DNA of 33,866 bases, taken from contig CAXRCQ010000321.1 in assembly GCA_964228845.1 (NCBI GenBank), positions 1-33,866 on the forward strand. Direction: 5' to 3'. The notes beneath the pieces were generated by a model. That model saw nothing but the letters and a program-made list of their open reading frames with translations, was not told where the DNA came from and did no database searches. The stretch is from Blastomonas sp. (lineage in GTDB: Bacteria; Pseudomonadota; Alphaproteobacteria; Sphingomonadales; Sphingomonadaceae). Positions 1 to 9,049 of this stretch are shown piece by piece. Within the stretch, counting starts at the first letter, position 1, and each line of letters begins with the position of its first letter. A program made the position numbers and the translations under genes.

Positions 1-91
1 ACCCCTCGCTATCCTCGTGCAGCATGTCGAGCGGATTGAGCTCGTCGGCCGACGATCGAAACCGCTCCAGAAAGCGCTGAGCGCGGGACAT
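1..91 (-). CDS. 5' end of a hypothetical gene running off the window (MSRAQRFLERFRSSADELNPLDMLHEDSEG...)
   Basis: ATG at 91 (minus) preceded by GGAGG-like RBS; frame open to the window edge; too short to assign function. Confidence 0.45.
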   Translation of the reverse strand, partial: MSRAQRFLERFRSSADELNPLDMLHEDSEG

Positions 92-176
92 GGAAATGCC
101 CTCCTGCCTTTGGCGCGACCCCCCGGCAGGCCCAGTGTGTCGAAAGGCCCGCGCCGAGGCACGCCCCGGCGCGGCT

Positions 177-1394
177 CTAGCTCGGCACGGTCGGGGCGGA
201 GGCCTGTTGCGGCGGCGCGACGGTAAGGTCGATGCGTTCGAAGCGCTTCAAGCCTGCGCGGCGGCGGATGAGCGACCCCTTGGGCGTGCCGAAATCCGCT
301 GTCAGCGTGTAGCGTTCCACCCTATAGCGCCCAGTAAGATCATCCGGCTCGGCGGAGGGCGAATAGCGCCGCTGGGCAATGGCCTTGACCAGGGGCTTGG
401 CCCAGCCTTTCAACTCCGATCCGCGCAGGATTTCCGCAGACTCCACCCTGCCGTCCGCCCCGATCGCAAAACCGACATCGACCCAGAAGAACGGAAAATA
501 TCCGGGTTGTGGCTCCGTCAGGTGGCTGTCCCTCTCAATGGGCGGCATGTTGCCGGGTCCATAGGGCGTCGGGGTGGGCGGGGACCAGATCAGCGTCGGA
601 CCCATTCGCTTCTGGTCTTCGGTCAGACGCGCGATCAAGGCTTCGACCGCGGCCATATCGCCATCGCTGGCCGCCAGACGCATTGCCAGCACCTCGGCAG
701 CGAGCTTCAGCTGTCCTGCCTGTGGCACCTCGCTTGCCCGGATGGCGTCGAGCAGTTTCATGGCCTGCACACGCTGATTGGCCCGATACAGCATAGCCGC
801 GCGCCCCAGATCGGCACGCATCGCGATCAGCGGCAGGTTGGCCTCGGTCGCGCGTTCAGACAGGTTCTTCAGTTCGCGGACGTTCACCGACGGAGCATCG
901 AACTGATACTGCGCCTGGATCAGTCGCATCCGCGCCATCAGCGCATTGGGCGATTGCGGGGCGTGGCGGTCGAGCAGCCGCGTTTGCGCCCCCGTGGCGC
1001 GCAGCGCCTCGCGCTGGTCGCCGAAATGCCATGCGACGGTCGCGCGGGCGGTGTGCAGTTCGGCCACAGCAAAGGGATCGCTATCGGCTTGCTTCTTGGT
1101 ACGCGAAACCGACCTGCCCAGCGCCTTGCGCGCATCATGATAATTGCCCTCGCGGAATTCGGCCTCGGCATAGCGGACGGTGGCAATGACATCCTCGCGC
1201 ACGGTGCAGCCGCCCGCGGCGCAGCGCTCGACATCGGCCTTGAGATCGGCAAGCCTGGCCCCGACCACGACGATCTCGTCGCGCTTGAGCGGGCCTGGTT
1301 TGAGGGGCCCGGGATTGAGCGGTGCCGGGCTTTGCGCTAGCCCGGCAGTGGAAAGCATCAGCAGCGCAGTGGAAGCAAACAGACGAGTGGCCAT
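177..1394 (-). CDS. Exported helical-repeat protein with C-terminal TonB-C-like domain
   Basis: Start moved to MATRLF (GGAG RBS 6 nt upstream); signal peptide ...LMLSTAGLAQ; C-terminal WVDVGFAIGADGRVESAEILRG resembles TonB_C. Confidence 0.7.
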   Translation of the reverse strand: MATRLFASTALLMLSTAGLAQSPAPLNPGPLKPGPLKRDEIVVVGARLADLKADVERCAAGGCTVREDVIATVRYAEAEFREGNYHDARKALGRSVSRTKKQADSDPFAVAELHTARATVAWHFGDQREALRATGAQTRLLDRHAPQSPNALMARMRLIQAQYQFDAPSVNVRELKNLSERATEANLPLIAMRADLGRAAMLYRANQRVQAMKLLDAIRASEVPQAGQLKLAAEVLAMRLAASDGDMAAVEALIARLTEDQKRMGPTLIWSPPTPTPYGPGNMPPIERDSHLTEPQPGYFPFFWVDVGFAIGADGRVESAEILRGSELKGWAKPLVKAIAQRRYSPSAEPDDLTGRYRVERYTLTADFGTPKGSLIRRRAGLKRFERIDLTVAPPQQASAPTVPS

Positions 1395-1519
1395 AAGGTA
1401 CTCCATCGCAAGAAGAACTCCCCATGCCGAGAGTAACACCTGGCTGGAAGAAGCCATAACGAATAAACGCGTGACTGGTGATAGAAACGGCATGAATCGC
1501 CGTCATAATGGAGGGATAA

Positions 1520-2299
1520 ATGCCGCTCGTTCTTACTGAAATCGAAGGCTCGATTGCCATTGTCACCCTGAATCGGCCAGAGGCGATGAATGCGCTGTCC
1601 AAGGCTTTGCGCGCCGAACTCGCCGACGCGATGCTGGCGGTAGCCAATGACGATGCGGTGCGCGCGGTCGTGCTGACAGGCGCAGGGACGCGCGCCTTTA
1701 CCGCCGGGCTCGACCTCAAGGAACTGGGCGCGAGCACCGAGGGGCTGGGCGCCGCCAATGCCACGAGCCCGCGCGACAATCCGGTCAGGGCGGTCGAGCA
1801 ATGCGCCAAGCCCGTGATCGGCGCGATCAACGGCGTCGCGATTACCGGCGGGTTCGAACTGGCCCTGGCCTGCGACGTGCTGATCGCATCGACCAATGCC
1901 CGCTTTGCCGATACCCATGCCCGGGTCGGCATCATGCCCGGCTGGGGCCTGTCGCAGAAGCTGTCGCGGATGGTCGGCATCTCGCGTGCCAAGGAGCTGT
2001 CGCTGACCGGCAATTTCCTCGATGCCGCCACGGCAGAACGCTGGGGACTGGTCAACCGCGTGCTCGAGCCCGAGCAATTGCTCCCTGCCGCCACCGCGCT
2101 GGCGCGCGACATGGCGAACATCGATCCGGCCATGCTCGCTGCCTACAAGAAGCTGATCGACGACGGCTATGCGCTGAGCTTCGGCGACGGCCTTGCGCTC
2201 GAGGCCGATCGGTCGACCGCCGCCAATGGTCAGGTCGAACCGCAAGCGGTCGAACAGGCGCGGCTCGCGGTCATGGCGCGCGGGCGAGCGCAGACCTGA
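1520..2299 (+). CDS. Enoyl-CoA hydratase/isomerase (crotonase family)
   Basis: LNRPEAMNALS, AFTAGLDL, KPVIGAINGVAITGGFELALACD motifs; GGAGG RBS. Confidence 0.95.
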   Translation: MPLVLTEIEGSIAIVTLNRPEAMNALSKALRAELADAMLAVANDDAVRAVVLTGAGTRAFTAGLDLKELGASTEGLGAANATSPRDNPVRAVEQCAKPVIGAINGVAITGGFELALACDVLIASTNARFADTHARVGIMPGWGLSQKLSRMVGISRAKELSLTGNFLDAATAERWGLVNRVLEPEQLLPAATALARDMANIDPAMLAAYKKLIDDGYALSFGDGLALEADRSTAANGQVEPQAVEQARLAVMARGRAQT

Positions 2300-2327
2300 T
2301 CCCCTTAACCGCGCGATTAAATAGCGA

Positions 2328-2343
2328 TTGACGTTTACGTCAA
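2328..2343. promoter_or_regulatory. LiuR (MerR-family)-type operator TTGACGT-TT-ACGTCAA overlapping a -35 (TTGACG); -10-like TAGACC at 2352-2357
   Basis: Perfect 7-bp inverted repeat resembling the known LiuR box, directly upstream of an acyl-CoA dehydrogenase. Confidence 0.75.
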
Positions 2344-2415
2344 CGCAGCGCTAGACCTGCTGCACCGCCGCGCGGCATGAATCGTGCGGCCGAAGATTCA
2401 CCGGAGAGAGAAGCC

Positions 2416-3570
2416 ATGTCGCTCGATGAACTTGCCCGCACCGCCTATACCCCCGATCACGAAGCCTTCCGCCAGACCGTGCGCCGCTTCATGCAGGACG
2501 AGGTGGCTCCCAATGCGGTGAAATGGGACGAGGAAAAGATCGTTCCCCGCGACATCTGGCCCAAGGCGGGCGAGCTCGGCCTGCTCTGCCCCACCGTTCC
2601 GGAAGAATATGGCGGCCTGGGCCTCGACTTCGGCTATAACGCCATCGTCAACGAGGAAGCCGCCTATTTCGGCGGTTCGCCGCTCGGCTTCTCGCTCCAG
2701 TCCGATATCGTGGTCAACTATATCGTCCAGTACGGATCGGAAGAGCAGAAGCAGAAATGGCTGCCGCGCCTCGTTTCGGGCGAGACCATCACCGCGATCG
2801 CGATGACCGAGCCGGGCACGGGATCGGATCTGCAGGGCATCCGCACGACGGCGAAAAAGGATGGCAACCATTATGTCATCAACGGCTCGAAGACCTATAT
2901 CACCAACGGCCAGAATGCCGACCTGATCCTGGTCTGCGCCAAGACCGATACCGAGGTCCAGCCGGCCTGGAAGGGCGTGTCGATCATCCTGGTCGAGGCC
3001 GATCGCGAAGGTTTCGCGCGCGGTCGCAATCTCGACAAGATCGGCCAGGACGCCGCCGATACCTCGGAGCTGTTCTTCAACGACGTACGTGTGCCGATGA
3101 CCAACTGCCTCGGAGAAGAGGGCAAGGGCTTCATCTATCTGATGAGCGAGCTGCCGCAGGAGCGCCTGTCGATCGCGGTCTCGGCCCAGGCTTCGGCGCA
3201 AAAGGCCTATGACGATACCGTCGCCTTCGTGAAGGACCGCAAGGCCTTCGGCAAGACGGTGTTCGATTTCCAGAATACCCGCTTCGTGCTCGCCGATCTC
3301 AAGGCCAAGCTGCAGGTCGGCTGGGCGCATCTCGACTGGGCGCTCAATCGCCATGCCAAGAAGGAACTCACCGCGGTCGAGGGCGCAGCCGCCAAGCTGT
3401 GGCACACCGAACTGCAGTGGGAGATCATGGACAAGTGCCTCCAGCTGCATGGCGGCGCAGGCTATATGAACGAATATCCGATCGCGCGGGCCTGGCGCGG
3501 GGCGCGCGTGACGCGCATCTTCGGCGGCACCAACGAGATCATGAAGGAACTGATCGGCCGTTCGCTCTGA
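2416..3570 (+). CDS. Acyl-CoA dehydrogenase (LCAD-like)
   Basis: IAMTEPGTGSD, NGSKTYITN, LQLHGGAGYMNEYPIARAW, RIFGGTNEIM; start MSLDEL after GGAGAGAG (ORF extends to 2377). Confidence 0.95.
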   Translation: MSLDELARTAYTPDHEAFRQTVRRFMQDEVAPNAVKWDEEKIVPRDIWPKAGELGLLCPTVPEEYGGLGLDFGYNAIVNEEAAYFGGSPLGFSLQSDIVVNYIVQYGSEEQKQKWLPRLVSGETITAIAMTEPGTGSDLQGIRTTAKKDGNHYVINGSKTYITNGQNADLILVCAKTDTEVQPAWKGVSIILVEADREGFARGRNLDKIGQDAADTSELFFNDVRVPMTNCLGEEGKGFIYLMSELPQERLSIAVSAQASAQKAYDDTVAFVKDRKAFGKTVFDFQNTRFVLADLKAKLQVGWAHLDWALNRHAKKELTAVEGAAAKLWHTELQWEIMDKCLQLHGGAGYMNEYPIARAWRGARVTRIFGGTNEIMKELIGRSL

Positions 3571-3592
3571 ACGATCCGGCAGGACCATCTGA

Positions 3593-4027
3593 ATGCCCAA
3601 AGCAGAAGCCTGGCAGCGCGATGCGGAGAGCTATCCGTTCAGCACGGTCACCGAGACGCGCTTCCAGGATCTCGACCCGCTCGGCCATATCAACAATGTC
3701 GCCATGGCGGCCTTGTTCGAGAATGGCCGGGTGCGGTTCAACCGCAATCTGGGGCTCGAACGCCGCCAGCCGGGCGAGCGCTGGCTGATTGCCTCGGTCG
3801 CGATCGACTATGTCGCCGAGGCACATTTCCCCGATCCGGTCGAGGTGATGAGCGGCATCGGCAGGATCGGCTCGTCGAGCTGGGACATATATTCCGCTGC
3901 CTTCCAGCAGGGCGTGTGCGTCGCGACCTGCGTCTCGACGCTGGTGCTGACCGACAGGAACGGACCCAGGCCGATCCCCGAGCCGCTGCGCAAGCGATAT
4001 GAAGAGCTCTTCGTCCGCAGGCCCTAG
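3593..4027 (+). CDS. Acyl-CoA thioesterase (hot-dog fold, YbgC/FadM-like)
   Basis: RFQDLDPLGHINN motif, 144 aa. Confidence 0.9.
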   Translation: MPKAEAWQRDAESYPFSTVTETRFQDLDPLGHINNVAMAALFENGRVRFNRNLGLERRQPGERWLIASVAIDYVAEAHFPDPVEVMSGIGRIGSSSWDIYSAAFQQGVCVATCVSTLVLTDRNGPRPIPEPLRKRYEELFVRRP

Positions 4028-4605
4028 AAGACGAACTTGAGCGCAGCGAAACCGCCGACGAACAGCACGCCGACCGCGGTGGTGGCCAGCGCGAAATGCT
4101 TGTCGATCCAGTCCTGCATCGGCTGGCCGAATTTCCACAGCAGCGCACCGACCAGGAAGAACCGCGCCGAACGCGCGATGATCGAGGCCAGGATCAGGAT
4201 GTAGAGCGGCATCGCTGTTGCACCGGCAGCGATGGTGATAACCTTGAACGGCAACGGGGTGAAGCCTGCGAGCAGCACGATGACCCAGCCCTGTTCGTTG
4301 AAGCTGGTCTTGAAGCTCTCGAACTGATCGGCGAGGCCGTAAAAGTCCAGGATGGCGCGGCCGATCGTCTCGAACAGGAAGTAGCCGATGGCATAGCCCA
4401 GAAGCGCGCCCAGCACCGAGGCGATGGTGCAGATCAGCGCATAATGAAACGCCTTTTGCGGCCGGGCGAGGCACATCGGCGCGAGCATCGCATCGGGGGG
4501 AATCGGGAAGAAGCTCGATTCGATGAAGCTGACCGCCGCCAGCCAATAGGGCGCCTTTTCGTGCGCGGCCTTGGCCAGCGTCCAGTGATAGAGCCGTTTG
4601 AGCAT
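4024..4605 (-). CDS. DedA/YqaA family membrane protein
   Basis: ESSFFPIPPD, GFTPLPFKV, ARSARFF motifs; start MLKRLY. Confidence 0.9.
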   Translation of the reverse strand: MLKRLYHWTLAKAAHEKAPYWLAAVSFIESSFFPIPPDAMLAPMCLARPQKAFHYALICTIASVLGALLGYAIGYFLFETIGRAILDFYGLADQFESFKTSFNEQGWVIVLLAGFTPLPFKVITIAAGATAMPLYILILASIIARSARFFLVGALLWKFGQPMQDWIDKHFALATTAVGVLFVGGFAALKFVF

Positions 4606-4773
4606 CCGGGGCAGAACCTTCGATAGCGACGCTGCTCCGGACGGGAGCCAGCGCCGCGCCGCTAAAGCCCAGCGCACCGGGCAACGCAAGCCATTCTGCA
4701 ACGCCCCGACGCAAGGCGGGCCGGAAAGCGCTTGCTTCCCGGCCCGGAACCTTGTGCTGACGGGTCGATCGGA

Positions 4774-5148
4774 TCACCAATAAGGCTGGACCTGCCAGTA
4801 ATTGTAGACGCTCGACTGATAGTCGCGATCATAGGCGCGATCCCGATCGTTCTCGGAAAAGCGCGGCGCGTCCTTGAGCTGGTCGGCGGTCACGTTGACG
4901 ACATAGCCGCCCAGTTCGGTATCATAGCTGAATTTCGACCAGGGCAGGCTGTGCAACTCGCTGCCGATGCCGAGAAAGCCGCCGACCGAGATGATCACAT
5001 CGGTCACGCGGCCCTCGCGCTTGGTGATCAGCATGTTGGTCACCGAACCGATCTTTTCGCGATCCGCGCCATAGACGGCGGTGCCGTCGACCCGGTCGCT
5101 GGAAATGGTGTCATAGCCGCGTTCGAGCGTGCTGTCCTGCATGTTCAT
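4774..5148 (-). CDS. PRC-barrel domain protein
   Basis: ISSDRVDGTAVY, KIGSV, VGGFLGIG, LPW, QLKDAP motifs; GAGGAG RBS. Confidence 0.9.
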   Translation of the reverse strand: MNMQDSTLERGYDTISSDRVDGTAVYGADREKIGSVTNMLITKREGRVTDVIISVGGFLGIGSELHSLPWSKFSYDTELGGYVVNVTADQLKDAPRFSENDRDRAYDRDYQSSVYNYWQVQPYW

Positions 5149-5204
5149 GAAGCTGTCTCCTCTTGCTGTCCGCCGGTTGCCGCGTCCTTCCTCGGGATTG
5201 AGGC

Positions 5205-5247
5205 GCTGGCCGGGCCATGAGGCGGTTTGGGGGACGGCCCGGCCAGC
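5205..5247 (-). other. 5'-leader hairpin, 12-bp perfect stem with C-rich loop
   Basis: GCTGGCCGGGCC / GGCCCGGCCAGC inverted repeat; minus-strand loop GTCCCCCAAACCGCCTCAT. Confidence 0.65.
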
Positions 5248-5391
5248 AGAACACCAAGGGATGAGCCGGAAAAGCGTTGCTCGCCTCGTCGCAAATTGGC
5301 CTGTTACTACCGATACTTCTGTTTTTCATGGGGCTGCGCTAAGGGTTGGCGGATAGCGACACGGGCTGACAGGCCCGGAGAGGATCTTTGG

Positions 5392-7218
5392 GTGACGGCA
5401 ATGCCTGACAACGGCCATGGCGATGGCAGCCTGCGCGACTGGATGCAGTCGGGCCTGTTCGCCGATGTCGACAGAAAGGCCATCGACGCCCTGAGTGCCC
5501 GCGCGCACCGTCTTGACCTGCCTGCCGGCAACATATTGGTGCGCCAGGGCGACCCGGCGGATTCGCTCTATTTCCTTGAGACCGGGCGGCTTCGCGTACT
5601 GATCGAGACACCGACCGGCAACAAGGCGGTCGCGCAGATCGAGGCGGGCGAGCCGGTGGGCGAGCTGGCCTTTTTCGGCGGCGGCACGCGCACCGCGACC
5701 TTGCAGGCGAGCCGCGACAGCGTGGTGATGGTGCTCGACCGCGCGAGCTACGACGCGGTGGTCGCCGCCTATCCTCAGCTCGTTCCCGCGATCCTTACTG
5801 CCGTCACGCAGCGGCTCGCCGCAGTCACCGCCAAGACCCCGCCGATGGAAGCGCGGCTGCCGCGCGTAATCGCGGTGGTATCCTGCGGGTCGAGCCGGAT
5901 CGACCCGAAGCTGCTGCACCGGCTGACGGACACCATTCGCGCCACCATCCCGGATGACCGCCAGGTCATGCTGGTGCGCGAGAGCGACGTTCCGCCCGGC
6001 CCCGCCAGCGCCTATCAGGCCTGGCTGCGCGAGCATGAGGCGCGGCGCGGCTATCTGCTCATCGATGCGTCGGGCGATGCCGAATGGGGCTCGCTGGTCT
6101 GCCGCAACGCCGATGGGCTGCTGATGATCGCCGAAGCGGGCGCGAACCCGATGATGAACCCGCTTGAACTGGCGGGCTGTGCCGCAATCGAACCGCCCAA
6201 CCGCACCCTGCTCGTGGTGCGGCCCAAGGCCAGCGATCCGATTCGGGGCACCGCCGCGTGGCTGACGGATCGCGACCCGCATCTGCACCACCATATGGCG
6301 CTCGACGACGACCGCGATTTCCGCCGTGTCGCGCGCTTTCTGACCGGGCGCGCGGTCGGGCTGGTGCTCGCCGGCGGCGGCGCGCTGGGCTGCGCGCATC
6401 TGGGCATCGTGCGCGGGTTGCAGCGCGCGGGCGTGCCGATCGACCTGATCGGCGGTACCAGCGCGGGCGCGGCGATGGGCGCAGCGATCGCGCAGGGGCT
6501 GTCGGTCGAACAGACGCTCGACCAGATGGAGGCGATGTTCATCGGCGCCAAGGCGATGCGGCGCTTTACCGTGCCGATCCATTCGCTGCTCGACCCGGCA
6601 GTGTTCGATGCCGAGCTCGAGGCGCGTTACGGCAATGCCGATATTGCCGACCAGCCGCTCAACTTCTTCGCCCTCTCGACCAATCTTTCGACCAATGATC
6701 TGCACGTCCACCGGCGCGGGCCGCTGTGGCACGCGGTGCGGGCATCGGGGTCGCTGCCAACGATCCTGCCGCCCTTCATCGATACCGATGGCAATATCCT
6801 GGTCGATGGCGGGGTGCTCGACAATGTGCCGGTGGTGACGATGCGCGCGCTCAAGTCCGGCCCCAATATCGTCGTGACCCTGGGCGAGGCGGGACAGGTC
6901 TGGCGGATCAAGGCCGCGTATCAGTCGCTCAGGCGGCGCGGTCAGCTGATCCGCGACCTGCTGCTGCGGCGCAAGTCCGACAGCGATTTCCCCTCGATCG
7001 TCGAGATCATGCAGCGATCGATGGTCGTCGCCAGCCGCATCGCCTCGCGCTCGATGCTGCGCGACGGTGACATATTGCTCAGCCCGCCGATCGTGCCCGG
7101 CATGCAGATTCTCGACTGGCATCTGGGGCGCAAGCAGGCCCAACAGGCGGCGCGCTATGTCGAGGAGCAGGTTGCGTCGCACGCGGACTTGCGCGAACTC
7201 GCCAGCCCACCGGGCTAG
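5392..7218 (+). CDS. cNMP-binding domain plus patatin-like phospholipase (NTE/RssA-like)
   Basis: CNBD GELAFFGGGTRTAT; patatin GGGALG, GTSAG, DGG; start at GTG 5392 after GGAGAGGA (ATG 5401 alternative). Confidence 0.9.
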   Translation: MTAMPDNGHGDGSLRDWMQSGLFADVDRKAIDALSARAHRLDLPAGNILVRQGDPADSLYFLETGRLRVLIETPTGNKAVAQIEAGEPVGELAFFGGGTRTATLQASRDSVVMVLDRASYDAVVAAYPQLVPAILTAVTQRLAAVTAKTPPMEARLPRVIAVVSCGSSRIDPKLLHRLTDTIRATIPDDRQVMLVRESDVPPGPASAYQAWLREHEARRGYLLIDASGDAEWGSLVCRNADGLLMIAEAGANPMMNPLELAGCAAIEPPNRTLLVVRPKASDPIRGTAAWLTDRDPHLHHHMALDDDRDFRRVARFLTGRAVGLVLAGGGALGCAHLGIVRGLQRAGVPIDLIGGTSAGAAMGAAIAQGLSVEQTLDQMEAMFIGAKAMRRFTVPIHSLLDPAVFDAELEARYGNADIADQPLNFFALSTNLSTNDLHVHRRGPLWHAVRASGSLPTILPPFIDTDGNILVDGGVLDNVPVVTMRALKSGPNIVVTLGEAGQVWRIKAAYQSLRRRGQLIRDLLLRRKSDSDFPSIVEIMQRSMVVASRIASRSMLRDGDILLSPPIVPGMQILDWHLGRKQAQQAARYVEEQVASHADLRELASPPG

Positions 7219-7586
7219 ACCAGCCACCAGATCGTGGCGATCAGCGCGAGCGTCGCCAGCGACAGCAGCCAGGACAGCAGCCTGATGCGCATGGGCTTGA
7301 GCGCGATGACGCTATGGGCGTCGAGCTGGCGAAGCATGTGGCGCGCGCGACGCTCGGCGGAAAGGAACACATAAACCGCGACAAGAAGGAAGGCCGTGGC
7401 CATCGCCTTGGGCATCCAGGCCGGTTCCAGCTCGCGGAAAAGGGCGTTGAAGCCCAGCCCTATGCCCACCGCCGCCATGCCGGTTCGCACCCATCCGGCA
7501 AAGCTGCGCTCGTGCGACAGGATGGTGCGGTCTTCGGCAAGATCGGTGCGATCCCTTGCCAGCTCCCGGCGCTTTTCCGCGTTCAT
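7215..7586 (-). CDS. DUF202/YidH family membrane protein
   Basis: RTDLAEDRTILSHERSFAGWVRTG motif, three TM segments; AGGAGG RBS. Confidence 0.9.
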   Translation of the reverse strand: MNAEKRRELARDRTDLAEDRTILSHERSFAGWVRTGMAAVGIGLGFNALFRELEPAWMPKAMATAFLLVAVYVFLSAERRARHMLRQLDAHSVIALKPMRIRLLSWLLSLATLALIATIWWLV

Positions 7587-7652
7587 GCGCTGCCTCCTTT
7601 CGGCGACAGCACGCCATCACCCTGGCCCGCGTGCAGCAACATAGGCTGGCGC

Positions 7653-7955
7653 TCAGTCGGTGGGGTCAAGCTTTTCCGCCACCTTTTCGGTCTCGCGACG
7701 CGGCAGCGCGATCATGCCCAGAATGAACAGCGCGAAGCACAGGCAGATGGCGTTGGGGATGATGAGCGCCCATTCCATCTTGAGCAGGCCGAAGGTCGTC
7801 CAGGCGGCGAAGGCGAGGCTCGTCAGCGCGAACATGCGCAGCGAAAGCCCCTCGGTCGAACGGTTGTGGATGATCTTCCAGGCCTGGGGCGTAAAGCTCG
7901 CGACCGAGGCGCAGGCACCCACGGTGCCCGCCACGGATATCCAGTCGAGGGTCAT
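7653..7955 (-). CDS. SemiSWEET/PQ-loop sugar transporter
   Basis: SFTPQAWKII, TEGLSLRM, W..FG, IIPN; 100 aa, 3 TM; ATGA overlap with mscS. Confidence 0.9.
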   Translation of the reverse strand: MTLDWISVAGTVGACASVASFTPQAWKIIHNRSTEGLSLRMFALTSLAFAAWTTFGLLKMEWALIIPNAICLCFALFILGMIALPRRETEKVAEKLDPTD

Positions 7956-9007
7956 GAAAGCTCCAGCGGTTCGATGGCGAGACGGTTGCGGTTGAGCGAA
8001 TCGGGCAGGTCGCTGGCCATGAAGCGCGCCACGGCCTCGCGCACGTCGCAACGCAGGTCGAATAGGTCGCCGCCGTTGCGTGCGCTCATCAGGACGCGCA
8101 GTTCCAGAATGTCGGCGGTCATGTCTGTCACCTGCAACAGCGCGACCCGGCCGTCCCACAGCCGGTGACTCCGCACCGCATCGACCGCCACCTTGCGCAC
8201 GCGCTCGACATCGGCGGCATGGTCGGCATGGATCATGACCGTGCCGAGAAGGTGACTGGTCTGCAGCGTCCAGTTCTCGATAGGCTCCTCGAGCAGCTTG
8301 GAAACGGGAATGACCAGCCTGCGGTCGTCCCAGATTTTCAGCACGACATAGGTCAGCGTGATCCGCTCGACCCGGCCCCATTCGCCGCGATAGACGAGCA
8401 CATCGTCGATCCGCACCGGCTCGGTAAAGGCGAGCTGGATGCCCGCGACGAGATTCTTGAGCAATGGCTGCGCGGCGACGCCGAAGGCCAGGCCCGCAAG
8501 ACCGGCCGAGGCGACCAGCGCCACGCCAATTTCGCGCACCGCCGGAATCTTGAGCAGCAGCAGGCCGATGCTCACCAGGGCGACGGTAACGATCGCGATC
8601 CGTGCCAGAATGTCCGCGCGTGTCCGCCGGCGCCGGGCGGCGAGATTGTCTTCCGCGCTGACATCGGATCGCGCGCTGATATAGCCATGGACGAAGCGGA
8701 TGATCGCGATGACCAGCCAGCCCCAGAGCAGCGGCATGATCACGCGGATCGATCCGCTCACCGCAGCGGCTATCTCGTCATCCATTGCTGCAAGGCTGTC
8801 TGCCCCGAGCAGCAGCAACGCGACCATGATCCAGCGCGAGGGGTGCCATATGCAGCCGATCAGCGCTTCGTCCTGATGCGTGCTAGTGCGCCGCGCGATG
8901 CGGCCTGCGACAAACATGACGATGCGGTGCGCCACCAGCGCGACCACGATCAGCGCCGCCACGACTGCGGGCGCGCGCAGCATCTCCCAGAGTTCGGATT
9001 GTTCCAT
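7952..9007 (-). CDS. Small-conductance mechanosensitive channel (MscS family)
   Basis: SAGLAGLAFGVAAQ, NLVAGIQLAFTEPVRIDD, WGRVERITLTYV; start MEQSEL (ORF extends to GTG 9025). Confidence 0.92.
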   Translation of the reverse strand: MEQSELWEMLRAPAVVAALIVVALVAHRIVMFVAGRIARRTSTHQDEALIGCIWHPSRWIMVALLLLGADSLAAMDDEIAAAVSGSIRVIMPLLWGWLVIAIIRFVHGYISARSDVSAEDNLAARRRRTRADILARIAIVTVALVSIGLLLLKIPAVREIGVALVASAGLAGLAFGVAAQPLLKNLVAGIQLAFTEPVRIDDVLVYRGEWGRVERITLTYVVLKIWDDRRLVIPVSKLLEEPIENWTLQTSHLLGTVMIHADHAADVERVRKVAVDAVRSHRLWDGRVALLQVTDMTADILELRVLMSARNGGDLFDLRCDVREAVARFMASDLPDSLNRNRLAIEPLELS

Positions 9008-9015
9008 CAAGGGGT

Positions 9016-9040
9016 AACGGCGCACGCCCGGTCGGGTTCA
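9016..9040 (-). promoter_or_regulatory. EcfG (sigmaT/RpoE2)-type general stress promoter TGAAC-N16-CGTT for mscS-semiSWEET
   Basis: One mismatch to GGAAC-N16/17-CGTT; -10 ends 8 nt before ATG 9007. Confidence 0.7.
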
Positions 9041-9049
9041 GCCACCGGC

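Noticed and set aside
5256-5345. Crp box for the PRC-barrel or patatin promoters
   Set aside because: Best candidates (CCAAT-TTGC-GACGA; GATAC-TTCT-GTTTT) match poorly or lack a -10 at the 22-nt spacing
5392-7218. CBASS/Pycsar-type anti-phage patatin effector
   Set aside because: No CD-NTase or PycC cyclase nearby; architecture matches widespread NTE-like cNMP-patatins
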